From Candidatus Eiseniibacteriota bacterium (lineage in GTDB: Bacteria > Eisenbacteria > RBG-16-71-46): a stretch of DNA of 64,000 nt. Below, piece after piece: positions 23,896-32,930 of this stretch (its first letter is position 1; every line of letters starts with the position of its first letter). The notes beneath the pieces were generated by a model. The model was not told where the DNA came from. It saw only the letters and a program-made list of their open reading frames with translations, and did not search any database. The stretch is from assembly GCA_963707915.1 (NCBI GenBank), contig OY970178.1, positions 3,392,001 to 3,456,000 on the forward strand. Reading direction: 5' to 3'. A program made the position numbers and the translations under genes.

Positions 23896-25199
23896 GTGCT
23901 CGGCCGGGTCCGCGTGCCGCCGCCGCCCTGGCGGTGATGCTGCTGTTCGCCGGTGCCGGGACGCTGGCGCTGGCGGGTGTCACGAAGGCTCCGAAGGTCA
24001 CGAAGCGCGTTCCCCGGGCCGGGGTCACGGCGATCGCCGCGCCGGCCGACACGTCGCCGGTGCTGGCGCGCGTCGGCGGCCAGGCGCTCACGGTGGAGGA
24101 CGTCCGCCGGCGGCTCGAGGAGATCCCCGCGTCCGCGCGCGGGAACTTCTCGACCCCCGAGGGACGCCAGCAACTCCTCGACCGCATGATCGAGGAGCGG
24201 GTCTGGCTCGTCATCGCCGAGCAGGGCGGTGTGGCGGACCGGCCGCAGGTGAAGCAGCAGCTGGAGCAGCAGCGCCGCGACCTGCTCATCCGCACCTACC
24301 TCAACGAGGTGATGTCGGCGAACCCGGCGCCGGCCGATTCCGAGGCGCTCGCCTACTACAACTCCCACCTGGGCGATTACCGCACCCCGGCGGGGGTGAC
24401 GCTGCGCCACATCCAGACGAAGACCGAGGCCCAGGCCCGGCAGGTGCTGAAGCTGGCCCTGGGCGGGCAGGACTGGATGAAGCTGGCGCAGAAGTACTCC
24501 GTGGACACGCTCACGCGGGCGAAGGGCGGCTCGCTCGGGACGGTCACGCGCGACGGGCTCTTCCCGGCAATCGGCCGGCAGCCCGCGCTGGCCGAGTCCG
24601 CGTTCGTGCTGGGCGCCGGCAAGGTCGGCGGGCCCTTCCGGTCCGACCGGGGCTGGCACGTGATCCAGGTGGAGGAGATCCGCCCCGAGGGCGCGCGGCC
24701 CTACGAGTCGGTGAAGCCGATGATCCAGCGGCAGCTCGGCAGCCAGCGCGGCCAGGAGTTCTACCGGAAGCTGCTGGAGGAGGCCCGCCAGAAGCTGGGC
24801 GTGACGGCGGACTCCGCGGCTGTGAAGCAGTTCGTCTCGCAGAAGCGGGACGTGCGCGAGATGTTCAAGGCGGCCCAGGAGCTGGGGCCGCCGGGGGAGC
24901 GCATCGCCGCGTACCGCGACCTGCTCGACGCGTACCCGGACAGCGAGGTCAGCCCGCAGGCGCAGTTCATGATCGGGTTCATCCAGTCCGAGGAGCTCAA
25001 GGACTATGATGGGGCGGAGAAGGCCTTCCGCGAGCTGCTGAAGCGCTATCCACGGTGCGAGCTCGCCGGCTCGGCCCAGTGGATGGTGGACCACATGCGC
25101 AGCGAGGAGGCGCCGCCGTTCGACCTGTCGGAGGCGGATTCGAGCAAGGGCGCCCCGCCGTCGCCGGGCGCCGTCAAGGGCTCGGCCGTGAAGCCGTGA
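23892..25199 (+). CDS. Exported parvulin-type peptidyl-prolyl isomerase with C-terminal TPR-like region
   Basis: Signal peptide, LRHIQ, LAQKYSVD...GGSLG, GWHVI; AQFMIGFI...DYDGAEKAF. Confidence 0.85.
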   Translation: MSARPGPRAAAALAVMLLFAGAGTLALAGVTKAPKVTKRVPRAGVTAIAAPADTSPVLARVGGQALTVEDVRRRLEEIPASARGNFSTPEGRQQLLDRMIEERVWLVIAEQGGVADRPQVKQQLEQQRRDLLIRTYLNEVMSANPAPADSEALAYYNSHLGDYRTPAGVTLRHIQTKTEAQARQVLKLALGGQDWMKLAQKYSVDTLTRAKGGSLGTVTRDGLFPAIGRQPALAESAFVLGAGKVGGPFRSDRGWHVIQVEEIRPEGARPYESVKPMIQRQLGSQRGQEFYRKLLEEARQKLGVTADSAAVKQFVSQKRDVREMFKAAQELGPPGERIAAYRDLLDAYPDSEVSPQAQFMIGFIQSEELKDYDGAEKAFRELLKRYPRCELAGSAQWMVDHMRSEEAPPFDLSEADSSKGAPPSPGAVKGSAVKP

Positions 25200-25729
25200 A
25201 AGTCGTCGAAGCCCGGGTCAACGGTCTCCTGCTCGAGCAGAAGACCCAGCAGAACGTCATCATCCTGAAGGAAGTCGGGGGCGAGCGCATCCTGCCCATC
25301 TGGATCGGCCCCGGCGAGGCGCACGCGATCCGGCGGATGCTCTCCGGCGAGCCCTTCCCGCGGCCGCTCACCCACGACCTGCTGGTGCTCATCGTCGAGG
25401 GACTGAAGGCCCGGGTGTCCCGGGTCGTGATCTCCGACCTGCGCGAGAGCACGTTCTTCGCGACCGTGATGGTGCAGCGCGACGGCGAGGTGCTCTCCAT
25501 CGACGCCCGCCCGTCGGACTCCATCGCCGTGGCGTTGCGCGCCAAGGCGCCGATCTTCGTGAACGTGGAACTGCTGCAGGAACCGCCGCGGCGCGTCGAG
25601 GCCGAGGGCGGGGGCGAGGCACCTCCCGAGGCCCCGCCGCCGGAGCCCACCGACGAGGAGAAGGCCGAGCAGTTGCGGCGCTTCCTCGAGAAGCTCAACC
25701 CCGAGGACTTCGGCAAGTTCCAGCTGTAG
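25196..25729 (+). CDS. Bifunctional nuclease (DUF151) family protein
   Basis: LPIWIG..EA.AI, RPLTHDL, IDARPSDSIAVALR. Confidence 0.92.
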   Translation: MKVVEARVNGLLLEQKTQQNVIILKEVGGERILPIWIGPGEAHAIRRMLSGEPFPRPLTHDLLVLIVEGLKARVSRVVISDLRESTFFATVMVQRDGEVLSIDARPSDSIAVALRAKAPIFVNVELLQEPPRRVEAEGGGEAPPEAPPPEPTDEEKAEQLRRFLEKLNPEDFGKFQL

Positions 25730-25730
25730 G

Positions 25731-26441
25731 TCAGTCGTAGATCTTGAAGTCGAAGCGGATGATGGCGTATGCCTCGGTGACACGGCCCGCGATGCGGTAG
25801 GGCCGGAAGCGGTATCTCCTCGCCGCCCCGATCGCCGCCGCTTCGAGCTCGCGGTCCCCCGGGCTCGACACCAGGTCCACGCGCGTGACCGCGCCGGTCG
25901 TGTCGACCACCGCCCCCAGCGCCACGAGCCCTTCGCTGTTCCGTTCGAGCGGGCCCGCGGGGTACTCCGGCCGCTCCATGTGCTCGACGATGAAGTCCTC
26001 CGACCTCATGACCGGGCCGCTGCCGCCGTAGATGACGCGCGCCCGGGTCACCAGGTCCTCCTGGGAATCACCGGCCCCGGTGCCCGGGCGGCGCGTCTCG
26101 GGCCGCGCGTGCGGATCGTCGGAGGTGGTGGTCTCCGTGCGCCCGCCCTTCACCGCCCGTGCCGAACGGTAGAGGATGGTGGGGCGCCCCGGCACCGGCC
26201 CGGGCGGGCCGCTGGTCTCGAGGATGATGCGTCGCACGTACTGCTCGGGGCCCTCGAAGCCGAAGCGCCGCGGGTGGTGCGGGTCCCCGAGGATGCGTTC
26301 CGTCACCGAGTGCCGCACGGTCGGCAGGAGGAGCAGGGCCTCGAACGACAGCAGCACGAGACTCACCCCCGCGCAGATCAGGGAGAGGCGCCGCTCGAAG
26401 CGGGCGCGCTCGTGGAAGAACCTCTGGCTGCCGTGGACCAT
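25731..26441 (-). CDS. Energy transducer TonB family protein
   Basis: N-terminal TM; PEYP......EG.V.L...VDTTGAV..V...LEAAA..AARRYRFRP. Confidence 0.75.
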   Translation of the reverse strand: MVHGSQRFFHERARFERRLSLICAGVSLVLLSFEALLLLPTVRHSVTERILGDPHHPRRFGFEGPEQYVRRIILETSGPPGPVPGRPTILYRSARAVKGGRTETTTSDDPHARPETRRPGTGAGDSQEDLVTRARVIYGGSGPVMRSEDFIVEHMERPEYPAGPLERNSEGLVALGAVVDTTGAVTRVDLVSSPGDRELEAAAIGAARRYRFRPYRIAGRVTEAYAIIRFDFKIYD

Positions 26442-26467
26442 CGTGCGGCTCCCGGGGCGGCCGCGGG

Positions 26468-28894
26468 TCAGCGGCCGGGCGTCCCGGTCAGCACTGCACC
26501 CCGCTGTGATTCTAGCAGGATTCCGCGGAATGGGGAGCGCGGATCCTCGACCACCACACCGATAGGCCCCGGCTCGGTGCGGAAGAAGCGGATGCGGCCC
26601 GACGCGTCGGTCACGAGGACGAGCGCGCCCCCCAGCGTCACCGCTGCGTCCGCCACCGGGAGCCCGGCCGGGTCGAGCAGGGTGAGCGAGTCGGCGGGCC
26701 AGGCCGCCTGCGGGGCCCACTCGCGCGCCAGTGCCGTGAACAGGGCGTAGCCCTCCGCGCGCAGGGCGCCCGGCGCGAGCAACCGCGCCTCGGCGGCTTC
26801 GTCGCCGAGCGAGCCCGGCGAGGCGAAGAGCGCGGGGCAGGAGGTCTGCTGGATCACGTACAGCGCCTCCCCGGCCACCTCCGGCGCGGCGAGGCCGAGC
26901 CCGGCCAGCGCCTGGGCGCTGCGTTCCGCCCAGGCCTGCCCGGCCGGACTGGCGGGGTGGTGGCCGAGCCGGGGGGGCGTGGCGCGGTGCGCGATGCGCA
27001 GGAAGCGCTCGGCCCGGAACGCCTCGCTCGCCTGTACGCGCTCGACCTCCGAGAGGGCGAGGTCGCCGTCGCGCGTGAGCCTCACCTCGGCGCCCGCGGC
27101 CGCGAGGAAGCCGGCGAGGATGCGCGCGCTCTCGAGGTTGAGCGAGGCCGCGCGGGTGCCGCCCGGGCCCTGCCCGGCCGCGTCCTCGCCGCCGCCCTCG
27201 GGATCGAGCACGATACGCCGGCCGTGCAGGGCGCCGCCGGCGATGGCGACGAAGCGCGGAGGGAACGTGGAATCCGCGGGCCAGGCCCGGTAGCCGGGCA
27301 GCGTCGGCACGTGCACCGCGCCCACCGGGTCGCGTGGCAGGCAAACGAATCCGTCGCGGTCGATCCAGCGCAGCGCGGGCGTCAAGCCGGCCGTCCCCGG
27401 GGCCTCGCGCAGCGGCTCGGCCCCGGGCATGCGCAGGGCGAAGCCGGTGCGGGACGGAGTGGAGAGCCCTTCGACGACCCGCACGTCGGCATGGGTCCGG
27501 TATCGCGGTGCGATCTCCGCATCGAGCATCGTGGGCGGGTCCTCGACGACGTAGAGACCGAGCTTCCCCTGCTTCGGCGGCGTCTTCGGCGTGCGCCCGC
27601 TGAAGGGCTCGCGGGGGAGCACCCGCCCGTCGCGGAAGTAGACCCGGCCCACGCCGCCGGTGACCGTGATGGTCGTGTCCTCCGGGGTGACGGCGACATC
27701 GCCGTCCGCCTGCACGCGCACGGACGTGGAATCGGTGAAGGGCGATCCCGCCTGGTCGAAGACCCGCAGTTCGAGTCCCAGCGGCTGGCGCCCGTCCCAG
27801 GCCGGCTGGCCCGGGAACGACGCGGAGATCGAGCCGGGCGGCAGCCAGATCGTGAACTCCACCGCCCGCTCGCGGGAGGAGCCCTCGCCGGAGAGCGCGA
27901 CCTGCAACGTCGCGCCGTGGCGGCCACCCGCGAGCGGCGCAGGCGCCTTCCAGGTCAGCTCCGCCCCGATGCGCAGCGGCGCGACCTCCTGCCGGTCCAC
28001 GGTCATGCGGATGCGGTCGAACGCTCCGCGCACGGTCGCTTGCAGCGTCGGGGCGGCCGGGGCCCGCGGCGGGTCGCCGGCCACCCCGGGTTCCTCCGTC
28101 CCCCGGACCACGAGCTCCTCGATCACCGGCACCTTGCGCGCGAAGGTGCGCGCCAGGCCGAGGAAGATCGCCTGGGCCTCCAGCTCCTGCTTCTCGGGCA
28201 GCCGCAGCCGGGCCTCGACGTCGGGGTTCGTGATGTAGCTGGTCTCGGTGAGCAGCGCCGGCGCGGCGCTGCTGCGCAGCATGTAGAAGTTGCCGGGCAC
28301 GACCTTGTTCACCCGGATGCCCACGTTGCGCACCAGCGCGCGGTGCACGTCCTGGGCGGCGTCGAGCGAGGGGCCGTCGTCGCCGAGCTTGTAGTAGGTC
28401 TGGGTCTCGTTGACGTCGTGGGCGCCGCGCGGGTCGGCGTTGTGGTGGATCGAGACCAGCAAGTCGGGCGCGAACGCGGCGACGAGCCGGGCGCGCTCGG
28501 CCAGGTCGGCCCGCAGCGTGGAGTCGGCGGGGGAGAGGAAGTCGCGGTCGGTGGTGCGCGTCAGGAACACCTCGGCGCCGCGCGCGGCCAGCAGGTCGCG
28601 CAGGCGCAGCCCCACGCCCAGGTTCACCTCGGCCTCGGCGAGGCCGCCGACGCCGAGCGCTCCGCGGAAGACTCCGCCGTGCCCGGGGTCGAGCGCGATG
28701 CGGTGCCCCGCCAGCCCCCGCGCGTCCGCGGCGGGGAGCGTGTCGCGCAGGCGCTCGTAGCCGGGTGCGGGGCGTGGCGGCACGGGCGGGCGCCGCGGGA
28801 ACACGGCGCAGCCGCTGCCGGCGAGGGCGCCGAGCGCGAAGGCCAGGACCACGGCCGGCCGGGCGCGCATCCCTGCGCGGAGGACGTACTTCAT
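26468..28894 (-). CDS. N-acetylmuramoyl-L-alanine amidase lipoprotein with two Amidase_3 domains (start uncertain)
   Basis: LAGSGC lipobox; IALDPGHGG, EAEVNL, SIHHN, ALLTE; second degenerate IVLDPEGGG domain. Confidence 0.85.
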   Translation of the reverse strand: MKYVLRAGMRARPAVVLAFALGALAGSGCAVFPRRPPVPPRPAPGYERLRDTLPAADARGLAGHRIALDPGHGGVFRGALGVGGLAEAEVNLGVGLRLRDLLAARGAEVFLTRTTDRDFLSPADSTLRADLAERARLVAAFAPDLLVSIHHNADPRGAHDVNETQTYYKLGDDGPSLDAAQDVHRALVRNVGIRVNKVVPGNFYMLRSSAAPALLTETSYITNPDVEARLRLPEKQELEAQAIFLGLARTFARKVPVIEELVVRGTEEPGVAGDPPRAPAAPTLQATVRGAFDRIRMTVDRQEVAPLRIGAELTWKAPAPLAGGRHGATLQVALSGEGSSRERAVEFTIWLPPGSISASFPGQPAWDGRQPLGLELRVFDQAGSPFTDSTSVRVQADGDVAVTPEDTTITVTGGVGRVYFRDGRVLPREPFSGRTPKTPPKQGKLGLYVVEDPPTMLDAEIAPRYRTHADVRVVEGLSTPSRTGFALRMPGAEPLREAPGTAGLTPALRWIDRDGFVCLPRDPVGAVHVPTLPGYRAWPADSTFPPRFVAIAGGALHGRRIVLDPEGGGEDAAGQGPGGTRAASLNLESARILAGFLAAAGAEVRLTRDGDLALSEVERVQASEAFRAERFLRIAHRATPPRLGHHPASPAGQAWAERSAQALAGLGLAAPEVAGEALYVIQQTSCPALFASPGSLGDEAAEARLLAPGALRAEGYALFTALAREWAPQAAWPADSLTLLDPAGLPVADAAVTLGGALVLVTDASGRIRFFRTEPGPIGVVVEDPRSPFRGILLESQRGAVLTGTPGR

Positions 28895-28975
28895 GCGCGG
28901 GCACGATAGCACCGGGCTCGCGGGAGCGGTAACCGGCGGGCCGGGCCGGCCCCCGCAGCGTCGGGGACCCGCCGG

Positions 28976-31477
28976 CTACGCCGCCTTCCGCGTCTCGGCC
29001 TGGCTGGCGGCGAGCCGGACGGCGCGCATCACGTCGTCGATGGTGAACGGCTTGGCGAGCACCAGGTCGGCGCCGGCCGCGTCGGCCGCGCGCCGGTCCA
29101 CGTCCTCACCCCACCCGGTCACGAAAGCGATGGTCATGGCGGGATCGAGCGCGCGCACCTTCCCCGCCAGCTCCCAGCCCGTCATGTTCGGCATGCCCAG
29201 GTCCGTGACCAGCAGCTGGAAGGCGCCCGGCCGCAGCTCGCGCAGGGCCTCCGCGCCGGAGGAGAACGCGACGGCGCGCTGCCCGAGGGCGAGCGCGATG
29301 TCGCGCAGCACCTCGCGTACCGGTTCCTCGTCGTCCACGATCATGACGTCGAGGGTGGGCAGCGTCTCCGCGGCGGCCTCGGCGGGCGCCGGGGCCCGGG
29401 GAGCGGCGGTCAGGGGGAAGGTGAGCTCCATGCGGGTCCCGGCGCCGGGCCGCGTGACGACCTCGATCCTCCCGCCGTGCCGCTGCACGATGCCGTACAC
29501 GACGGACATGCCCAGGCCGGTGCCCCCCGCGCCCTTGGTGGTGAAGAACGGGTCGAACAGCCGGCGCTCGGTCTCCTCGTCCATGCCGATGCCGTCGTCG
29601 GCGATCGTCGCGATCACCTGCTGTCCCTCGGTGCGGACGGCGGCGCGGATGGTGCCGCCCTGCGGCAGCGCGTCCACGGAGTTGAGGATGAGGTTCGTGA
29701 AGATCTCCCGCAATTCGTTGGCGCGGCCGGCCACCCAGGCGCCGGGCAGGGAATCGAGCACCACGTCGATGGTGTTCCCGGACACGTGCGCCTCGTCCTC
29801 CCAGCGCGGCCGCGTGAACTCGATCGCGTCCATGAGCATGACGTGCAGGTCCACGGCCTCCGTGGCCGCCGGCTGGGACGACTGCCCGAACTGGCGCATC
29901 CGCCGGCTGGTCTCCCGGCCGTCATGGGCGGCCCGTTCGATCACCGCGAGCGCGGACGCCAGCTCCGCGGTGGAGAGGCCGCCGGAGTCGAGTTTGCGCG
30001 CCAGCAGCTGGGTGCGCCCGACGATGGCGCCGAGGATGTTGTTGAAGTCATGGGCCACGCCGGCGGCCATCTCGCCCGCGATGCGGAGCATCTCCGAGTG
30101 CACCAGGTAGTCGTGGGCGCGCTGCAGCTCCTCGATGGTCGCCTCGAGACGCGCCTCGAGCTGTCCGGCGTGCAGGGCCGAGGACAGGTGGCTGGCCAGC
30201 GCGATGACGACGTCGGTCTCCCGCTCGGGGAACGCGTCGGGATCGTCGGAGAGCGCGAACAGCACGGCGGCCGGCGAGTCGGGCAACTGCAGGGGCACCG
30301 CCAGGCCGCGGTGCAGCCCTTCGGCGATCATCGCGCGGCAGTACGGGCAGTCCGAGTCCGGGTCGGGAGCGAAGCGCGCGGCGGCCTCGCTCATGCCATC
30401 CAGCCGGCCGAGGAGGTGCTCGTGCGCGGGCGTGCCCGGACGCAGTCCCGCCCACGGCGCGGGCGGGTCGAAGTGGACGAACACCGGGACCTGCGAGTCC
30501 GGGGACGGGACCGCCAGGGCCACCCCGCGCGCCCGCGTGACGCGCCTGACCTCGCGCGCCACGGTCTCGAAGATGCTGTCGGGGTCGTGGGCCACCCGGC
30601 TGGCGCGCGCGATGCTGAGCACGGCGGACGAGGCCGTCCGCATCGCCTCGGCCTCCGCCTCGGTCTCGCGCCGGGCCGCCTGCAGCGCGGCCGCCATGGT
30701 GTTCATCGAGCCCGCCAGGTCGCCCAGCTCGTCGGAGCTGCGCACCGGCAGCCGGCGTTCGAGCTGCCCGGAGGCGATCGCGCGAGCCAGGCCGCCGGCC
30801 TCGCGCAGCGGACGGATGATGAAGCCGACGAAGAGCGACACGGCGAAGTAGCCGAGGACCGCGGTGAGCACGAGGAGCAGCAGGCCCATGTGGGCCGCGG
30901 TCCGCACCGCCCGGTGCGCCTGTTCGGTCGAGACCACCAGCCGCACCCAGCCCAGCCGCCCCCCGGCCGGGGTGCTCGCGGGGGCCGGGAAGCCGAAGAG
31001 CTGGCTCACCTCGTCCGGCGCATCGGCCCGGCCCAGGCGTGTGATCGGGGCCATCACGTCGATCACCTCGCGGCCGTTCACCCGCCGGCGCATCACGATC
31101 GTGGCGCCGGGCGCCGCCCCATCCCCCGGGTTCCCCAGCGCCGTCCACAGCGTGGCGTCGGGCGCGAGCCGGGCCAGCGCCGGGCCGCGCTCGGGGTAGA
31201 TGGCCGCCGCCTGCAGGTCGGGCTCGCCGAGGGCGCGCTGCACCTGGCGCTCGAGCTCGGAGCGGTCGTTCACGACCAGCGGCGTCGTCGCGCGCTCCGC
31301 CATCAGCCGGGCGAGCGAGCCGGCCCGCGACTCCAGCTGCCGGTACTCGCGGTTCCACGTCAACGTGGTGAGGAGCACCTCGAAGCCCACGCCGGAGAAC
31401 AGCACGCCGGCCGTCAACAGGACGGTCATGCGCGTCCCGAGGTCGTGTCGGTGCCGGGTGGGGGAGCGGAGCCTCAC
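28976..31477 (-). CDS. Hybrid sensor histidine kinase (TM-HAMP-GAF-HisKA-HATPase-REC)
   Basis: DELGDLA..MN HAMP, GVAHDFNN, NLILNS.DA, FDPFFTTK..GGTGLG, LVTDLGMP; GTG start overlapping upstream stop (alternative ATG 31429). Confidence 0.92.
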   Translation of the reverse strand: MRLRSPTRHRHDLGTRMTVLLTAGVLFSGVGFEVLLTTLTWNREYRQLESRAGSLARLMAERATTPLVVNDRSELERQVQRALGEPDLQAAAIYPERGPALARLAPDATLWTALGNPGDGAAPGATIVMRRRVNGREVIDVMAPITRLGRADAPDEVSQLFGFPAPASTPAGGRLGWVRLVVSTEQAHRAVRTAAHMGLLLLVLTAVLGYFAVSLFVGFIIRPLREAGGLARAIASGQLERRLPVRSSDELGDLAGSMNTMAAALQAARRETEAEAEAMRTASSAVLSIARASRVAHDPDSIFETVAREVRRVTRARGVALAVPSPDSQVPVFVHFDPPAPWAGLRPGTPAHEHLLGRLDGMSEAAARFAPDPDSDCPYCRAMIAEGLHRGLAVPLQLPDSPAAVLFALSDDPDAFPERETDVVIALASHLSSALHAGQLEARLEATIEELQRAHDYLVHSEMLRIAGEMAAGVAHDFNNILGAIVGRTQLLARKLDSGGLSTAELASALAVIERAAHDGRETSRRMRQFGQSSQPAATEAVDLHVMLMDAIEFTRPRWEDEAHVSGNTIDVVLDSLPGAWVAGRANELREIFTNLILNSVDALPQGGTIRAAVRTEGQQVIATIADDGIGMDEETERRLFDPFFTTKGAGGTGLGMSVVYGIVQRHGGRIEVVTRPGAGTRMELTFPLTAAPRAPAPAEAAAETLPTLDVMIVDDEEPVREVLRDIALALGQRAVAFSSGAEALRELRPGAFQLLVTDLGMPNMTGWELAGKVRALDPAMTIAFVTGWGEDVDRRAADAAGADLVLAKPFTIDDVMRAVRLAASQAETRKAA

Positions 31478-32376
31478 GGCAGCACCTCGATGCCACCGTC
31501 CACCGTGGACGGCAGCAGGCAGCCCAGCGCGCGTGCGGTCGCGGGATTGAGCACCACGCGCGTGCGCCGCAGCGGCAGCACGTTGATGTCGCCGGCCCGT
31601 TCGCCGTTGTGGATGCGGCGCACGATCCCCGCGGCCTGCGTGCCCATCCAGGCGTAGTCGGGAGCCGCGGCCACGAGCGCGCCGGAGCGGACCAGCGACT
31701 CCGAGAAGACCAGCAACGGCTTGTGCTGCGCCAGCGAGAGCTCGAGCAGGGCGCGGAAGGCCTCGGGCGTGGCGACGGTCGGGTCGGCCGGCAGCCACAG
31801 GGCGTCCACCCTGCCGGCCAGGTCGCGGGCCACCTGCTGGAAGTCCGACAGGTCCCCGACCGGCGCCTCGACCAGCGTGATGCCGGCGGCATCGGCGGCG
31901 GCGCGCGCCCGGCGTGCCAGGGCGGCGCCGCTCGTCTTGCCGAAGAGCAGCCCCACGCGCTTCACGCCGGGCAACGAGGTCCGCAGCGCGGCGAGGTCGC
32001 GCTCGGGCGGGACGTCGGCCGACACGCCGGTGATCGAGCCGCCCATGAGGTCGAAGTGCTCGTAGTTGGGCACCACGCAGAAGACCAGCGGGACGCGGGG
32101 CAGACGGTCGCGGGCGAAGAGAGCGGCCTTGAGGCCGACCGCCACCACCACGGCGGGGCGCGCGAGCTCGATGCGGCGCTGCAGCACCTCCGGTTCGCGC
32201 TCGTCGAGCATGAACGCCGCGACCGGGTCCGTGCAGGCCGCCCTGAACGCGGCGGTGGCCTGCTCGTACGGCGCCAGCGGACCGCTCTCGATCAGCGCCA
32301 CGGTCGCGGCGCGGCCGGCGGCCGGCGCTCCGAGGCACAGGGCGGCGAGCAGGGCCGCCGCCCGCCACGCGCGCAT
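31474..32376 (-). CDS. ABC-type periplasmic substrate-binding-like protein (ABC_sub_bind)
   Basis: Signal peptide; VVAVG..AA, PLVFC.V, ITGV, VDALWL..D..V, MGTQAA, LNPATARALG. Confidence 0.8.
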   Translation of the reverse strand: MRAWRAAALLAALCLGAPAAGRAATVALIESGPLAPYEQATAAFRAACTDPVAAFMLDEREPEVLQRRIELARPAVVVAVGLKAALFARDRLPRVPLVFCVVPNYEHFDLMGGSITGVSADVPPERDLAALRTSLPGVKRVGLLFGKTSGAALARRARAAADAAGITLVEAPVGDLSDFQQVARDLAGRVDALWLPADPTVATPEAFRALLELSLAQHKPLLVFSESLVRSGALVAAAPDYAWMGTQAAGIVRRIHNGERAGDINVLPLRRTRVVLNPATARALGCLLPSTVDGGIEVLP

Positions 32377-32516
32377 CCCGGCCCGGCCGACGAGCGCGCT
32401 CGCCCCGGCCTGGACCTCCGCCGGACGGGTGCGGCACGGCGACCGCGCGGGCCCCGGAAGACCGGGCCCCGCGGGCGCCGGCACCGGGCCGGGCCGCGGA
32501 CGCGAGGGGCGGACGT

Positions 32517-32930
32517 TCACCGCGGGCCGGGCACGAGGTAGGTGAGGCCGACGAAGAAGGTTCGGGAGTCTTGCATGATCTGGTCCTGGAGATGCTCCTT
32601 CGATCCCGGGTCGCCGTAACGTGCGTCGAACAGGTTGCGGACCTCGAGCCCGGTCGTGAGTCCCGGCGCCAGGCGCAGGCCGAGCCGGGCGTCGCCGAGC
32701 GTCTGGTAGCCCATCGCACGGATCTCGGCGGCCGGGATCACCGTCACCGAGGAGGGCGTCTCCGAGAGCGGCAACGGACGCTTGCTGACCCCGGTGACCA
32801 TCTGCTCGCGCAGGAGGGAGAAAGCCGCGTCGTCGGGCTCCGCCGCCGAAGCGGGAACTCGCGACAGGGACGCGAGCAGCGCCCCGGCGAGCAGCGCCTG
32901 CAGGAGGGCCCGTCCGCGGGGCAGGCTCAT
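32517..32930 (-). pseudogene. Internally deleted TonB-dependent receptor (N-terminal plug start fused in frame to last beta-strands, 137 aa)
   Basis: N-terminus nearly identical to 34926-34689; fused at GDA to RNLFDARY.DP...QDSRTFF C-terminus. Confidence 0.8.
32687..32900. repeat. About 214-bp direct repeat, second copy at 34689-34902
   Basis: Manual alignment at offset 2002; five mismatches seen, all synonymous third positions. Confidence 0.9.
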
